DNA of 33,165 nucleotides from positions 1-33,165 of the forward strand of contig CALKOM010000102.1 of the NCBI GenBank assembly GCA_938091905.1, given 5' to 3'. This document shows positions 8,385 to 17,763 of this stretch, piece by piece (position 1 is the first letter of the stretch; every line of letters begins with the position of its first letter). Source of the stretch: an uncultured Verrucomicrobiales bacterium. Lineage in GTDB: Bacteria > Verrucomicrobiota > Verrucomicrobiia > Verrucomicrobiales > DEV007. The notes beneath the pieces are model-generated. The model worked only from the letters and a program-made list of their open reading frames with translations. It made no database searches and had not been told where the DNA came from. Both the position numbers and the translations under genes were made by a program.

Positions 8385-9422
8385 CTAAGGCTTTAAAATC
8401 ACTTTTAGGAGTCCTTCCTTGTTGTCATAGAGCCTCTGAAACCAGTCTGCACCCTCGCTCAGGGGGGCTGTCGCGCTGATAAGATGCTCAATCTTGATCG
8501 CACCGCTTTCAATATGTTTGAGTGCGTCTGCATACTCGCCTGTGGCTGCGCACGAACCAAAGAGTGATATCTGACGAGTGACGACGGCTTGCATGGGAAA
8601 CTCTGTGGTGGCGGCGAGGTTCCCTACAAGACCAGCCGAACCTCCTTTGCGCAGGCAGTGAATGGCTAGATTAAGCGTTGGGGTCATGCCAACGACTTCC
8701 ATGGAGACATCTGCCCCTTCGCCTCCCGTTTCTGATTGGATCTTGGAAAGGATGTCAGGGTCCTTGGCCTGGATGGAGATATCTGCGCCGAGCTCCCGCG
8801 CAAGAGCGAGGCGCTTTTCGTCAAGATCAACGGCGATGATCTTCGTAGCCCCTGCAATCTTCAGTGCTTGAACGACAAGGAGTCCGATCAAGCCTGCGCC
8901 AACAACCACTGCGGTGTCACCTTCTTTGACCGGGACCAAGCTGACACCATGAAGTGCGATCGAAATCGGTTCGGCAAAGGCGGCCTGTTCGAAACTCAAA
9001 GCTTCAGGAATACGATAGAGAATACGCGTGGGGACTTTCACATATTCCGCAAAGGCACCATGCTGCCGATAGTCATCACACGACACCCCGAGGACGCGCC
9101 GGTCCTGACAGAGATTTACTTCTCCACGCGTACAGTAGATGCACTCTCCACAATAGACCGTGGAGTCGAAGGTGACTCTGTCACCCACGGTCCACCCCGA
9201 ACCCTCTACCTTCGGGCCGATTTCACAGATGGTCCCTGCTGCCTCATGACCCATGATGATCGGCGGCTGCCGACGGCCACTGCTGCCATCCATGCCGTGT
9301 ATGTCGCTGCCACAGATACCGCAGGCCTTGATCTTGATGAGGACCTCGCCCTCTTCCAGTTTCGGCTCGGGGGCATCCACGTACTCAAACTTCTTATACT
9401 CTGCGAGATTCAGCGCTTTCAT
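8385..9422 (-). CDS. Zinc-dependent (MDR) sugar/polyol dehydrogenase (sorbitol/galactitol-1-phosphate dehydrogenase-like)
   Basis: CGICGSD, GHEAAG, structural Zn site CGECIYC...NLC, GAGLIG Rossmann motif. Start placed at MKALNL (ATG 9422). Confidence 0.92.
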   Translation of the reverse strand: MKALNLAEYKKFEYVDAPEPKLEEGEVLIKIKACGICGSDIHGMDGSSGRRQPPIIMGHEAAGTICEIGPKVEGSGWTVGDRVTFDSTVYCGECIYCTRGEVNLCQDRRVLGVSCDDYRQHGAFAEYVKVPTRILYRIPEALSFEQAAFAEPISIALHGVSLVPVKEGDTAVVVGAGLIGLLVVQALKIAGATKIIAVDLDEKRLALARELGADISIQAKDPDILSKIQSETGGEGADVSMEVVGMTPTLNLAIHCLRKGGSAGLVGNLAATTEFPMQAVVTRQISLFGSCAATGEYADALKHIESGAIKIEHLISATAPLSEGADWFQRLYDNKEGLLKVILKP

Positions 9423-9513
9423 CACCTCGCAGTGGAAACGCCAGTTCGTTGCTGGGTCAAGGGATTTGGCAAGACTTGAATCGAATCCTATTTGTCCTAT
9501 CGTCGTCTCAATC

Positions 9514-10779
9514 ATGATGGACTATTCCTCAACCACTCCACCTCTTCCGAAATGGGTTATCGCGGTGAGTCTTCTGCTCCTTGCTGTGGCCTGTCTCTCC
9601 ACCATGGCCACGTGCAATCGCATCGAGCGGGTCGAAGTACCTGTAATTCAAGAGAAGATCGTGGAGAAGATTGTCGAAGTCGAGGTGAAGCCGCCACTTC
9701 CTTCTCGAGCCGTCGACTATGGAGATACGCCGGACGATTTGGTGAAGCTCTACAACGGCTTTCAGATTCGGACGACGATGGAAGCGAGTGAGGGCAAGCG
9801 CGCTTCCCTCGAGCGGAAGGATAAGGGAGCTTACGAGATCGAATATAGGCTAAAGCTTCGTGTTCCGAAAGCGAGTGATACGCTCGCGGACCTCGCGACC
9901 CTGAATGAACAGCTTCCGGCCATCCTTCCTGGGTTAGCGAACATGATGCCGACGGCAAAGGTTTCAGGATTCTATCATTTGCTTTACAAATTGAAAACTG
10001 AGCGCGTACAACGCTACTTGACCCGATTGAAGCGCATCCCGTCACGGCACAACTTCTTTGATTGTGAGACGGTGCTAGAGTTAAAGCATCCGAAGAGTGA
10101 GCAACGAGTGCTCTTGATCCAAGGCGAAATGGATGTGGTCTCTGATGGGAGTGATGGTGATCGAATGCCTGAGTACGACGAGTACATTGCGAATTCGGCT
10201 TATTACCAGCCATTCACCAGCTATGGTTGGAAGAAGCAGACGGATCAGCCCAATCCACTATTATCGCGTTGGGAGGAGAAGTTGTCCAAAGCGACGAATA
10301 GTAGTTCTATCAAAACGCTGAAGGCAGAGATCGCGGATCTGAAAGCTCGAAGCTTTCTCATTGCTAGAAAGGATCCATTCGTTGTGGTTCCGACATCGTT
10401 TGTGTTGGCACGCGCGACCGCGTATAGACCCAGGATTGGGGACTATTGCGTGGTCATCTACGGTGACAAGATCTACCCGGCGATTCTTGGAGATTCCGGG
10501 CCTACCTACAAGTCTGGTGAGGCCTCTCTCCGGATGGCTCAAGAAATCAGTAAGAAGGCCAGTCCATACAATCGCCCTGTGAGTGATCTCACGGTGACTT
10601 ACATCATCTTTCCGCAGAGCCGAGACCAGCCGTTTGGCCCACCGGATCTGAAGAAGTGGCATGCCCGCTGCGAAGAATACTTGGGCAAGATTGGTGGGCT
10701 CGGAGAAGGCTATCAGATGCACGTTTGGGAGGATCTGTTTGCGCCAGAGGAAGATGCGACGGAGGAAGATCCATCCTAG
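9514..10779 (+). CDS. Membrane-anchored glycoside hydrolase family 75 (chitosanase-like) protein
   Basis: N-terminal hydrophobic anchor. GH75-like motifs MDVVSDGSDG, DPFVVVP, IGDYCVVIYGDKIYPAILGDSGP, GEASL, VTYIIFP. Confidence 0.75.
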   Translation: MMDYSSTTPPLPKWVIAVSLLLLAVACLSTMATCNRIERVEVPVIQEKIVEKIVEVEVKPPLPSRAVDYGDTPDDLVKLYNGFQIRTTMEASEGKRASLERKDKGAYEIEYRLKLRVPKASDTLADLATLNEQLPAILPGLANMMPTAKVSGFYHLLYKLKTERVQRYLTRLKRIPSRHNFFDCETVLELKHPKSEQRVLLIQGEMDVVSDGSDGDRMPEYDEYIANSAYYQPFTSYGWKKQTDQPNPLLSRWEEKLSKATNSSSIKTLKAEIADLKARSFLIARKDPFVVVPTSFVLARATAYRPRIGDYCVVIYGDKIYPAILGDSGPTYKSGEASLRMAQEISKKASPYNRPVSDLTVTYIIFPQSRDQPFGPPDLKKWHARCEEYLGKIGGLGEGYQMHVWEDLFAPEEDATEEDPS

Positions 10780-11676
10780 AAATGATGTTCTTTGGATTTC
10801 TTGCGAGTCTTGAACGTTTTTTCAAGCTCAGCCTCGACACTTTCTTTACGTTCTTCGTCGAAGCTCTTGAGTCTGTCCACGTTCCGAAATACAGACGCCC
10901 CGGCATCGAACTGGTCTCCATCTTGTGAAAAGATTGGAGAATGGTTCGAGTCCCTTCTCTCTCTAGTCTTCATGGAGATCGTTTGCTTCTCGCCTTTGCG
11001 TAGAACGACACGATTTACCTTGCTGCCTTCTACTCCCGCTGCTTGCACGAGATCGACAAGATCGCTGACTTCAGTTAGGGCGATGCCATCAGCTTCTAGA
11101 AGAATATCGTGATTCTCGATGCCTGCCTCCTTGGCCGGCGTGTCGTTGAAGACATCGTTGATGGCGACGCCGTATTCGATTCCTAACTGATGTCGAAGGG
11201 CGCCATCGATCGGACGACACTCCACACCGATCATGTGCTTCTTGTTCGGAGAAGCATAAGCTTCCGCATAGCTGCGTGCGCTAGCCTCGGAATCTATCCC
11301 GGCGTGCTTTAGACCTTTCGCGATCTGTGGCCTGAGTTTCTCAAAGCCGACATGACGCTTATGACCGTACGGGTCGACATTGAGAGCTGAGATTGAAGGG
11401 AGTTTATCGATCTCAATGTCTAGGGCTCCAACCTTGGGAACTACAATAAAGGGCTTGTGTCGTCAGTCCTCTGTCTTCCTTAACATGTCTAAGACACTTT
11501 CAGGCAGATTACGGTTTTCGATTAATTCGGCGACCGCTTCAGGATTGCGATCAAAGGTGACGATGACGATCTCCTTTTCTTCATCTCCATTGGAGGATCG
11601 AATAATGATCTTGCTTTGTTTTTTGGTGACCGATTTCTTTTCTGATTTCTCCTGCCAGTCCTGCTGGCTGGGGCGC
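10776..11676 (-). pseudogene. PDZ-domain protein interrupted by an in-frame TGA and lacking a recognisable start or signal peptide
   Basis: ORFs 11463-11765 and 10776-11234 share one frame, separated only by TGA at 11463-11465 (…LRKTED*RHKPF…KKHMIGVEC). The PDZ signature is IGVE…GVAINDVFNDTPAKEAGIENHDILLEADG. Confidence 0.7.
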
Positions 11677-13518
11677 CTACAAGGCCTGATCAATGATATC
11701 GTAGACGCGTTTGACCATGTCTTTGCTCTCTTCAAGCAGGCCCGCTGAGAGTAGAGCGTTGTCAAAGATCTGTGCCGTGACGAGTTCCGCGAGTTCAGGC
11801 TTGGCGGAGTAGGCGGCTGCTAGTTTCTTGACCACCTCGTGACGAGGATTGAGCTCCAAGATAACTTTTGTGACGCCGACGTCCTGATTCATCTGCTTCA
11901 TCATCTGACGCACTTGCGCGTTCATGCCGTCGTCAGGCGTAAGCGCTATGGCGGGGCTGTCCACGAGTCGCTCGCCCATGCGGACTTCTTTAACGCGATC
12001 TCCTAACTGGTTCTTGATGGAATCACAGAGGGAAGTGCTGGTGGCTTCATCGAGGGCCTCGCCCTCTGGCGTGGCGGCATCGTCGAGGCTGATGTCATCA
12101 CGATCGATGGAAACAAGGTCTTTCTCCTCGAACTTGGCGAGGGCATTCACCACGTAGTCATCGATGGCATCATAGAAGAAGATGACTTCAAGGCCGCGTG
12201 CGGTGAAGGCTTCGAGATATGGACCTGCTTCGATCGACTCTCTGCTTGGGCCAATGATGTAGTAGATCTGTTTCTGGTCGTCTTTAGCCCTGTCAATGTA
12301 GCCTTGAAGTCCTGTGAGCTTGCCAGGCTCGGTGAAGGTAGACTCAAAGCGCAGGAGCTTGGCCAGTGCATCGCGGTGATCGAAATCCATGGCGATGCCT
12401 TCTTTGATGAAGCGATTGAACTTGGAGTAGAACTCGTCATACTTGGCTTCGTCTGATTTGGCTTCACCTTCAAGCGACTTGAGAAAGCGCTTGGTGATGA
12501 GGCGATTTATCTTTTGGACGAGGGCACTGTCTTGCATGCTCTCGCGGGAGATATTTAGAGGTAGATCGGCACTATCAATGACTCCTTTAAGGAACCGTAG
12601 CCATTCAGGGAGTAGACCTTTAGGTTGCTCGGCAATGAGGACTTTCTTGCAGTAGAGCGACACACCTGGATCGACCGGTCCAGAGAGCATCTTCTCGGGA
12701 TTCTCTTTTGGTGTGAAGACGAGGGCATTGATGGAAAGAGGAGCATCTGCGCTGAAGTGCATGCGGAAGGCTGGCTCGTCATGCGCGTGGGCAATGAACT
12801 TGTAGAACTCGGTGTAATCTTCGTCGCTCACCTCACTCTTGTTCTTCAGCCAGACAGCCTCGATCTTGTTCACCCGCTCGCCATTCAGGTTCACGGGAAA
12901 GGGGACAAAGCTGCTGTAAGTCTCTAGGATGCTTTTGATCCGATAGTCTTTCGCAAATTCCTCGAATTCCTTCTTCAGCTGAACGACGATCTTGCAACCA
13001 CGACGCTGGCCAGGAGCTTCTTCGATTTCATAGCCCGTCTTGCCATCGCTTGTCCAGCAGAGGTGTTCGCCCGCCTCGGGCTGCCAGGAACGTGAGTAGA
13101 CCTTCACATCTTCCGCCACCATGAATGCGCTGTAGAAGCCAACACCAAACTGGCCAATCAGGTTGGACTCCTTCTGTTCGGACTCCGACATGGCCCGGAG
13201 AAACTGTTTGGAACCCGAATGAGCGATCGTGCCGATGTTCTGGACGATCTCATCTCGGGTCATGCCGATGCCGTAGTCGGCGATGGTGAAGGTATTTGCC
13301 TTATCATCGGTGGTGATGTTGATCTCAAGAGGAAGATCACTATCGAAGAAATTCTTCTCTGTAAGCTGGAGGCGCCGCATCTTCTCAAGAGCATCTGAGG
13401 CATTGGAAACAAGCTCTCGGACGAAGATATCTTTGTCTGTGTAGAGCGAGTTGATGACGATGTCGAGGAGCTGCTGCACCTCGGCCTGGAACGCGTAGCT
13501 GGTAGACTGGTCTGACAT
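11677..13518 (-). CDS. htpG: Molecular chaperone HtpG (Hsp90)
   Basis: FQAEVQQLLDIVINSLY, FVRELVSNASDAL, DYGIGM, IGQFGVGFYSAF, LPLNISRE. Start placed at ATG 13518. Confidence 0.98.
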   Translation of the reverse strand: MSDQSTSYAFQAEVQQLLDIVINSLYTDKDIFVRELVSNASDALEKMRRLQLTEKNFFDSDLPLEINITTDDKANTFTIADYGIGMTRDEIVQNIGTIAHSGSKQFLRAMSESEQKESNLIGQFGVGFYSAFMVAEDVKVYSRSWQPEAGEHLCWTSDGKTGYEIEEAPGQRRGCKIVVQLKKEFEEFAKDYRIKSILETYSSFVPFPVNLNGERVNKIEAVWLKNKSEVSDEDYTEFYKFIAHAHDEPAFRMHFSADAPLSINALVFTPKENPEKMLSGPVDPGVSLYCKKVLIAEQPKGLLPEWLRFLKGVIDSADLPLNISRESMQDSALVQKINRLITKRFLKSLEGEAKSDEAKYDEFYSKFNRFIKEGIAMDFDHRDALAKLLRFESTFTEPGKLTGLQGYIDRAKDDQKQIYYIIGPSRESIEAGPYLEAFTARGLEVIFFYDAIDDYVVNALAKFEEKDLVSIDRDDISLDDAATPEGEALDEATSTSLCDSIKNQLGDRVKEVRMGERLVDSPAIALTPDDGMNAQVRQMMKQMNQDVGVTKVILELNPRHEVVKKLAAAYSAKPELAELVTAQIFDNALLSAGLLEESKDMVKRVYDIIDQAL

Positions 13519-13549
13519 TAGAATAGAGATTGTATAGGGTCGGGCGGGC

Positions 13550-13577
13550 AAGGTAGCCGCATCAATTCAGTTGTCAA
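13550..13577 (-). promoter_or_regulatory. Putative sigma70-type promoter of htpG
   Basis: Minus strand TTGACA-N16-TACCTT, ~30 bp upstream of the htpG ATG. Confidence 0.55.
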
Positions 13578-13607
13578 AGTGCCCTATTCTTTCCAAGTTC
13601 GACAGAT

Positions 13608-14381
13608 ATGTTGGCCATCCTCTCTCCTGCCAAGACACTGGATTACAGCTCGCAGCTGCTGGTTTCTCGCAAGACGAAGTGTGAGTTCCTTAAGGACTCC
13701 GAAGAGCTCATTGAGGAGCTGCGTCAGCTGTCCTCTATGAGATTGGGTAAGCTCATGAGGATTAGTGAGAAGCTTGCGGACCTGAATCGAGATCGGTTTC
13801 AAGCGTGGAAGTTGCCCTTCCCACGGGGAGAGGCCAAGCAGGCGTTACTTGCTTTCAAAGGTGATGTTTACCAGGGCTTCGAATTGGAGCGCTTCACGGA
13901 GGCGGATTGGGCGTTTGCCCAAGATCATTTGCGGATTCTCTCTGGCCTCTATGGTTTGCTACGGCCTTTGGATCAAATGTTGCCCTACCGCCTGGAAATG
14001 GGGACCAAGTTGAAAACAAGGCGGGGCAAGGATCTGTATGAATTCTGGGGAATGCAACTTACCGAGTCCCTAAACAAGGCATTGAAGCGGCAGGGAGATG
14101 ATATTCTGGTCAATTTGGCTTCAAACGAATACTATGGAGCAGTGCAGAAAGAGGCTCTGAAGGCCCAAGTGGTCACGCCTGTATTTAAGGACGTGAAGAA
14201 TGGTAAGCTCAGGTTTATCAGCTTCTATGCGAAGTTAGCGCGCGGGTTGATGGCAGACTTCATCATCCGAAACGCAATTGAGGAGGTGGAGGATCTCAAA
14301 GGGTTTGCTGTCGACGGCTATGCCTTCGATGCCAGCCTCTCAGACGATGATACTCTGCTCTTTACCAGAGGAGAGCGCTAG
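13608..14381 (+). CDS. yaaA: Peroxide stress protein YaaA (UPF0246)
   Basis: ILSPAKTLD, FKGDVYQG, LRILSGLYGLLRPLD, YRLEMG, NLASNEY, SFYAKLARGLMA. Confidence 0.96.
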   Translation: MLAILSPAKTLDYSSQLLVSRKTKCEFLKDSEELIEELRQLSSMRLGKLMRISEKLADLNRDRFQAWKLPFPRGEAKQALLAFKGDVYQGFELERFTEADWAFAQDHLRILSGLYGLLRPLDQMLPYRLEMGTKLKTRRGKDLYEFWGMQLTESLNKALKRQGDDILVNLASNEYYGAVQKEALKAQVVTPVFKDVKNGKLRFISFYAKLARGLMADFIIRNAIEEVEDLKGFAVDGYAFDASLSDDDTLLFTRGER

Positions 14382-14606
14382 CTCAGAGGTTCCAACTCAG
14401 CTGGTAGCTTTTGGAAGATTCAGGCTCATTGCTTTATGGTATTTCTTAATTTTAAAATTTATTCTGGCTAATTGATTAACAATGCTTAAGAGACGGTTTC
14501 CTTCTGGCTTTCTTAAACAAGAGCCGAGGGACTTTTTTCTGTGTCCACATAAAGTCACTCATTCCAGACATCGCCAAAGCCCAGACCACCATGTTCCGCA
14601 TCGCGG

Positions 14607-15584
14607 GGGATCGGGTTTAGCCGGCCTGAATTGCTTTCGGGCGCAATTGATGCCGTGGTCGGGTCGCACGGCATCGATGTTAGCACAGCAGCGGGTGGAG
14701 ACTCGTTAGACACGGAACTGACACCGGCGAACGTTGCGTAGTACGTGGAGATCATCGAAGGGACTAATGCGGGGCACCGGTTCGATGTGGCCTCGGTGGA
14801 CGGAAGTACGGTTGTTCTAGCAACAGACACAGACATCTACCAGGGCCCTCCATACAACACCTATGTGACTTCGGTGGGTGTGCCAGCTACCTTGGTTGGG
14901 GATCTCTTTCTTCTCCGGCGGCACCATTCTCTCGATGATTATTTTCCGCCTGACACGAATACCTTCACCCCGCAGGCGCACACCTTCGTTCCAGGTCACC
15001 CAGCGGATCGAGTGTATCTGTATGAAAGTGATTGGGTGCCGTATTGGATTTATGACAATAGTTCGGGCACGGCTCCTTTCTGGGACGAAGACGGAGATGC
15101 GGTCTTCCTGGATGCAGGGAGTATGGCGATTCCTCCTGGTGGTGGTATCTTTCTCGCGCCGCAGGAGACCACGGTGACGTTAGTCGGACTGGGTATTGTC
15201 CGAAAGAATCCGTTCGCCATGCCACTTCCCCAAGGGTGGTCCCTTCAAGCAAGCCCATTTCCGATGGATCAGAGTCCTGCCGAGCGTTTCATGAACCACG
15301 AAACGTTTGATGGGGGCGACGATCCGGCAACCTCGGACACGGTGTGTTTCTGGTTAGGGAACCAAGATACCTATCTACCAGAATTTCGATGCGCCTTCCT
15401 CTATGATCCGATGAGCACGGAGACGCCGCGTTGGCTCTATGCGGACGACGAGTTCCTGACGGCACGTGACTTTGAAACAGAGATCTTTCCCCGAGATCAA
15501 AGCTGCTTCTACTACCGTTATAGTGCGCCGAAGCCTAGGTATGTCATTCCGCTCCCATGGTGCGTCGGGCTGATTGGTGAATAA
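14607..15584 (+). pseudogene. 5'-truncated remnant of a verrucomicrobial extracellular beta-rich protein (TIGR02597-like), with in-frame TAG
   Basis: The frame continues upstream of ORF 14745 as GIGFSRPELLSGAIDAV…PANVA*YVEIIEGTNAGHRFDV (TAG 14739-14741). No start or signal peptide is visible. Motifs: ADRVYLY, IPPGGGIF, GWSLQASPFP. The family assignment is from memory only. Confidence 0.6.
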
Positions 15585-15596
15585 TTGACCAATCAT

Positions 15597-16527
15597 ATGA
15601 TCATGAAGATGAATCAATCACTTTGGAGTCTCTCTATCCTGCTACTCTTCGCAAATCCTGCCTCAGTGGCGAAAGTCTTTTGGCCGAATATTCCATACAG
15701 TATCCATTTGATGTCGGATGATCAGGCATTCGATGCCTCTGTATCTTTTGAGATCGGTACCTTCGCGCCGGGATTTGTTCCAAGGCTTTCTAATCGATCC
15801 CAGCGGGCATCCAAATGGACCGTTATCGATCGGACGACTTATAATTCCGACACGAAGCTCTTTGCTAGTATGGTGCAGTTCGATTCGAATGAAGTGCCCT
15901 TCGTTGCAAGGCGTCGTGCTTATATGTGGGGTAGCACGGGTGGAGTCGAACCGGAATGGGTCCTTGCGACGAGCGGTGATTGGCTTTGGCCCGAGGCATC
16001 GATTGGTCTGCCGACTGTCTAAGAATATCGCTTCGGCCTCGATCGTCGTGACTGGGCAGATCAACAACTCAGGTTCGCCATTTCTCATTAAAACAGCGTC
16101 GTCAGGTGGTGCCGCTGGGACGGCCCTGAACCCGGAGCAGTGGCTGAATAAACACTTTGAACCAGTGGAACTCACTGGTGATTTGATCACAGATCTCGGT
16201 GCGGATCCGGACGGCGATGGTCGCGATAACTTGATGGAAGTGGCTGTGGGATTAGATCCGAACGTGCCTCAGGTCGAGTGGGACGAGCCTTATACTGTTA
16301 GTTTTAAAGAAGTGTCAGGGTTCTATTATCTCAATCTCACAGTGAACAAACAGGCCGTGCAGCAGGTCTCGTATCGAGTTGAAGTGTCCGGAGATTTGAC
16401 GAATTGGATGAGTGGCCCTGACGCGACAGCAACGTTGATTGACGATGTGTCGACTCTCAGCGTGCGCGATCTTGTGGCCTTCGAGGCGGGTGTCGCTCGC
16501 TTTAGCCGGCTGACGGTTGAGTATTAG
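15597..16527 (+). pseudogene. Frameshifted secreted protein with DxDGDG motif and C-terminal sorting-like domain
   Basis: Signal peptide and FEIGTFAPGFVP domain run to TAA 16020-16022. Protein-like sequence continues in the +1 frame: KNIASASIVVTGQIN…ADPDGDGRDNLME…YRVEVSGDLTNW…RFSRLTVEY. Confidence 0.7.
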
Positions 16528-16657
16528 TCGGCCTTTTACTTCACGAGGATCTTTCTCAACTCAAAGAGGATTCTGCCGATCAATCGGATGTCTTTTTTGA
16601 CGATTGGTCCTGTGAGAGGGCTTCCCCTAGCTCTGCTAGAGGTGCATCGGGGACCGC

Positions 16658-17680
16658 TTACGCGGGTTCGCTGGATGAGCTCCTATCGCGAAACGCCTGC
16701 TGAGCTGCGAGAGCGATTTCTGTGGCGCGGAGTCCATCGTTGACCGTGACTTCGGCGGGCTTGCCTTTACGAATACATTGCACAAAGGCCGCAAGTTCGG
16801 CGATGTAGGCTTGTTCAAAGCGCTCAAGGAAGCCTTGGCTGCAGAGCTTTCGCACGCCGTGTGCGTCAAGTATTTCGACAAGGTTACGCTGAGGGGTCAT
16901 GCCGACTCGTAGCGTGGCTTTCGTGCCAATGATCTCGGTTTCAACTTGGTAGCCGTGGGGTGCCGTGCGGCCTGCTAACAGAAATACCATGGTTTCATTT
17001 TTGAATTGCATGAACGCGGCGACATTATCTCCGTCGTCATGGGCGGCAAATTCTGGATGAGCATAGCATCCGCCCGCAGCGGTGATCATTCGGGGTTCGC
17101 TTTGCAGTACCCAGCGTGCGAGGTCGATGTCATGAACGGCCATGTCGAGAAATTGACCAGCACTGTGGGGTAGGTAGGCAAGTGCGCCGTCGATGCATGT
17201 TTCCGGGTCGACGCTATAGCTTCTAAAGAGAATGGGCCGACCAATGTCTCCGGCATCAAGTCGGGTTTTGACCTCCAAGTAGGATGGATCGTAGCGGCGC
17301 ATGAAGCCAACCATAATGGTGAGATCGGGATGGGCGCTGACCTGCTGAACCACGTTCTGGCATTCCTCGCCCGTGATCCCCAGGGGTTTCTCCGTGAAGA
17401 CATGGAGCCCGGCCTCTGCGGCTTGAAGCAATTGAGCGCAGTGGAGGGCAGATGGGGAGGTGAGCACGACTGCATCTAAGCACTCCGTGTTCAGCATCTC
17501 CGTGTAGTCGGCGTAGCCTGAGGCATTGGGGAAGTGATTTTTGGCCGAGGCCAACTCATCAGGAACCACGCTGCATACGGCAGCGAGTTCGGTGTGTGGG
17601 AGGTGTTTGGCAACCGTCTCAGCGTGGAAACGTCCGAGACGGCCTAGCCCGACGGCACCGATCCTGAGCGGGGATGTCAT
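16658..17680 (-). CDS. Gfo/Idh/MocA oxidoreductase, inositol 2-dehydrogenase-like
   Basis: GAVGLGRLG, HVFTEKP, VGFMRRYDPSY, FLDMAVHDIDL. Start placed at ATG 17680. Confidence 0.9.
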   Translation of the reverse strand: MTSPLRIGAVGLGRLGRFHAETVAKHLPHTELAAVCSVVPDELASAKNHFPNASGYADYTEMLNTECLDAVVLTSPSALHCAQLLQAAEAGLHVFTEKPLGITGEECQNVVQQVSAHPDLTIMVGFMRRYDPSYLEVKTRLDAGDIGRPILFRSYSVDPETCIDGALAYLPHSAGQFLDMAVHDIDLARWVLQSEPRMITAAGGCYAHPEFAAHDDGDNVAAFMQFKNETMVFLLAGRTAPHGYQVETEIIGTKATLRVGMTPQRNLVEILDAHGVRKLCSQGFLERFEQAYIAELAAFVQCIRKGKPAEVTVNDGLRATEIALAAQQAFRDRSSSSEPA

Positions 17681-17763
17681 GGCGAGACTCTTCTCAGTTG
17701 GAAGGAAGTTCGTCAACTGACGACCTCGCTTGATCTCAGGAATGAGGCTGTTCAGAATGAGGC

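Noticed and set aside
11463..11465. In-frame TGA as selenocysteine or genetic-code reassignment
   Set aside because: There is no redox-motif context. TGA terminates intact genes here (phoB, rlmN, acylphosphatase, DAACS), and other broken genes use TAA or TAG.
13519..13607. CIRCE/HrcA operator upstream of htpG
   Set aside because: No TTAGCACTC-N9-GAGTGCTAA inverted repeat; only a partial GGCACT half-site.
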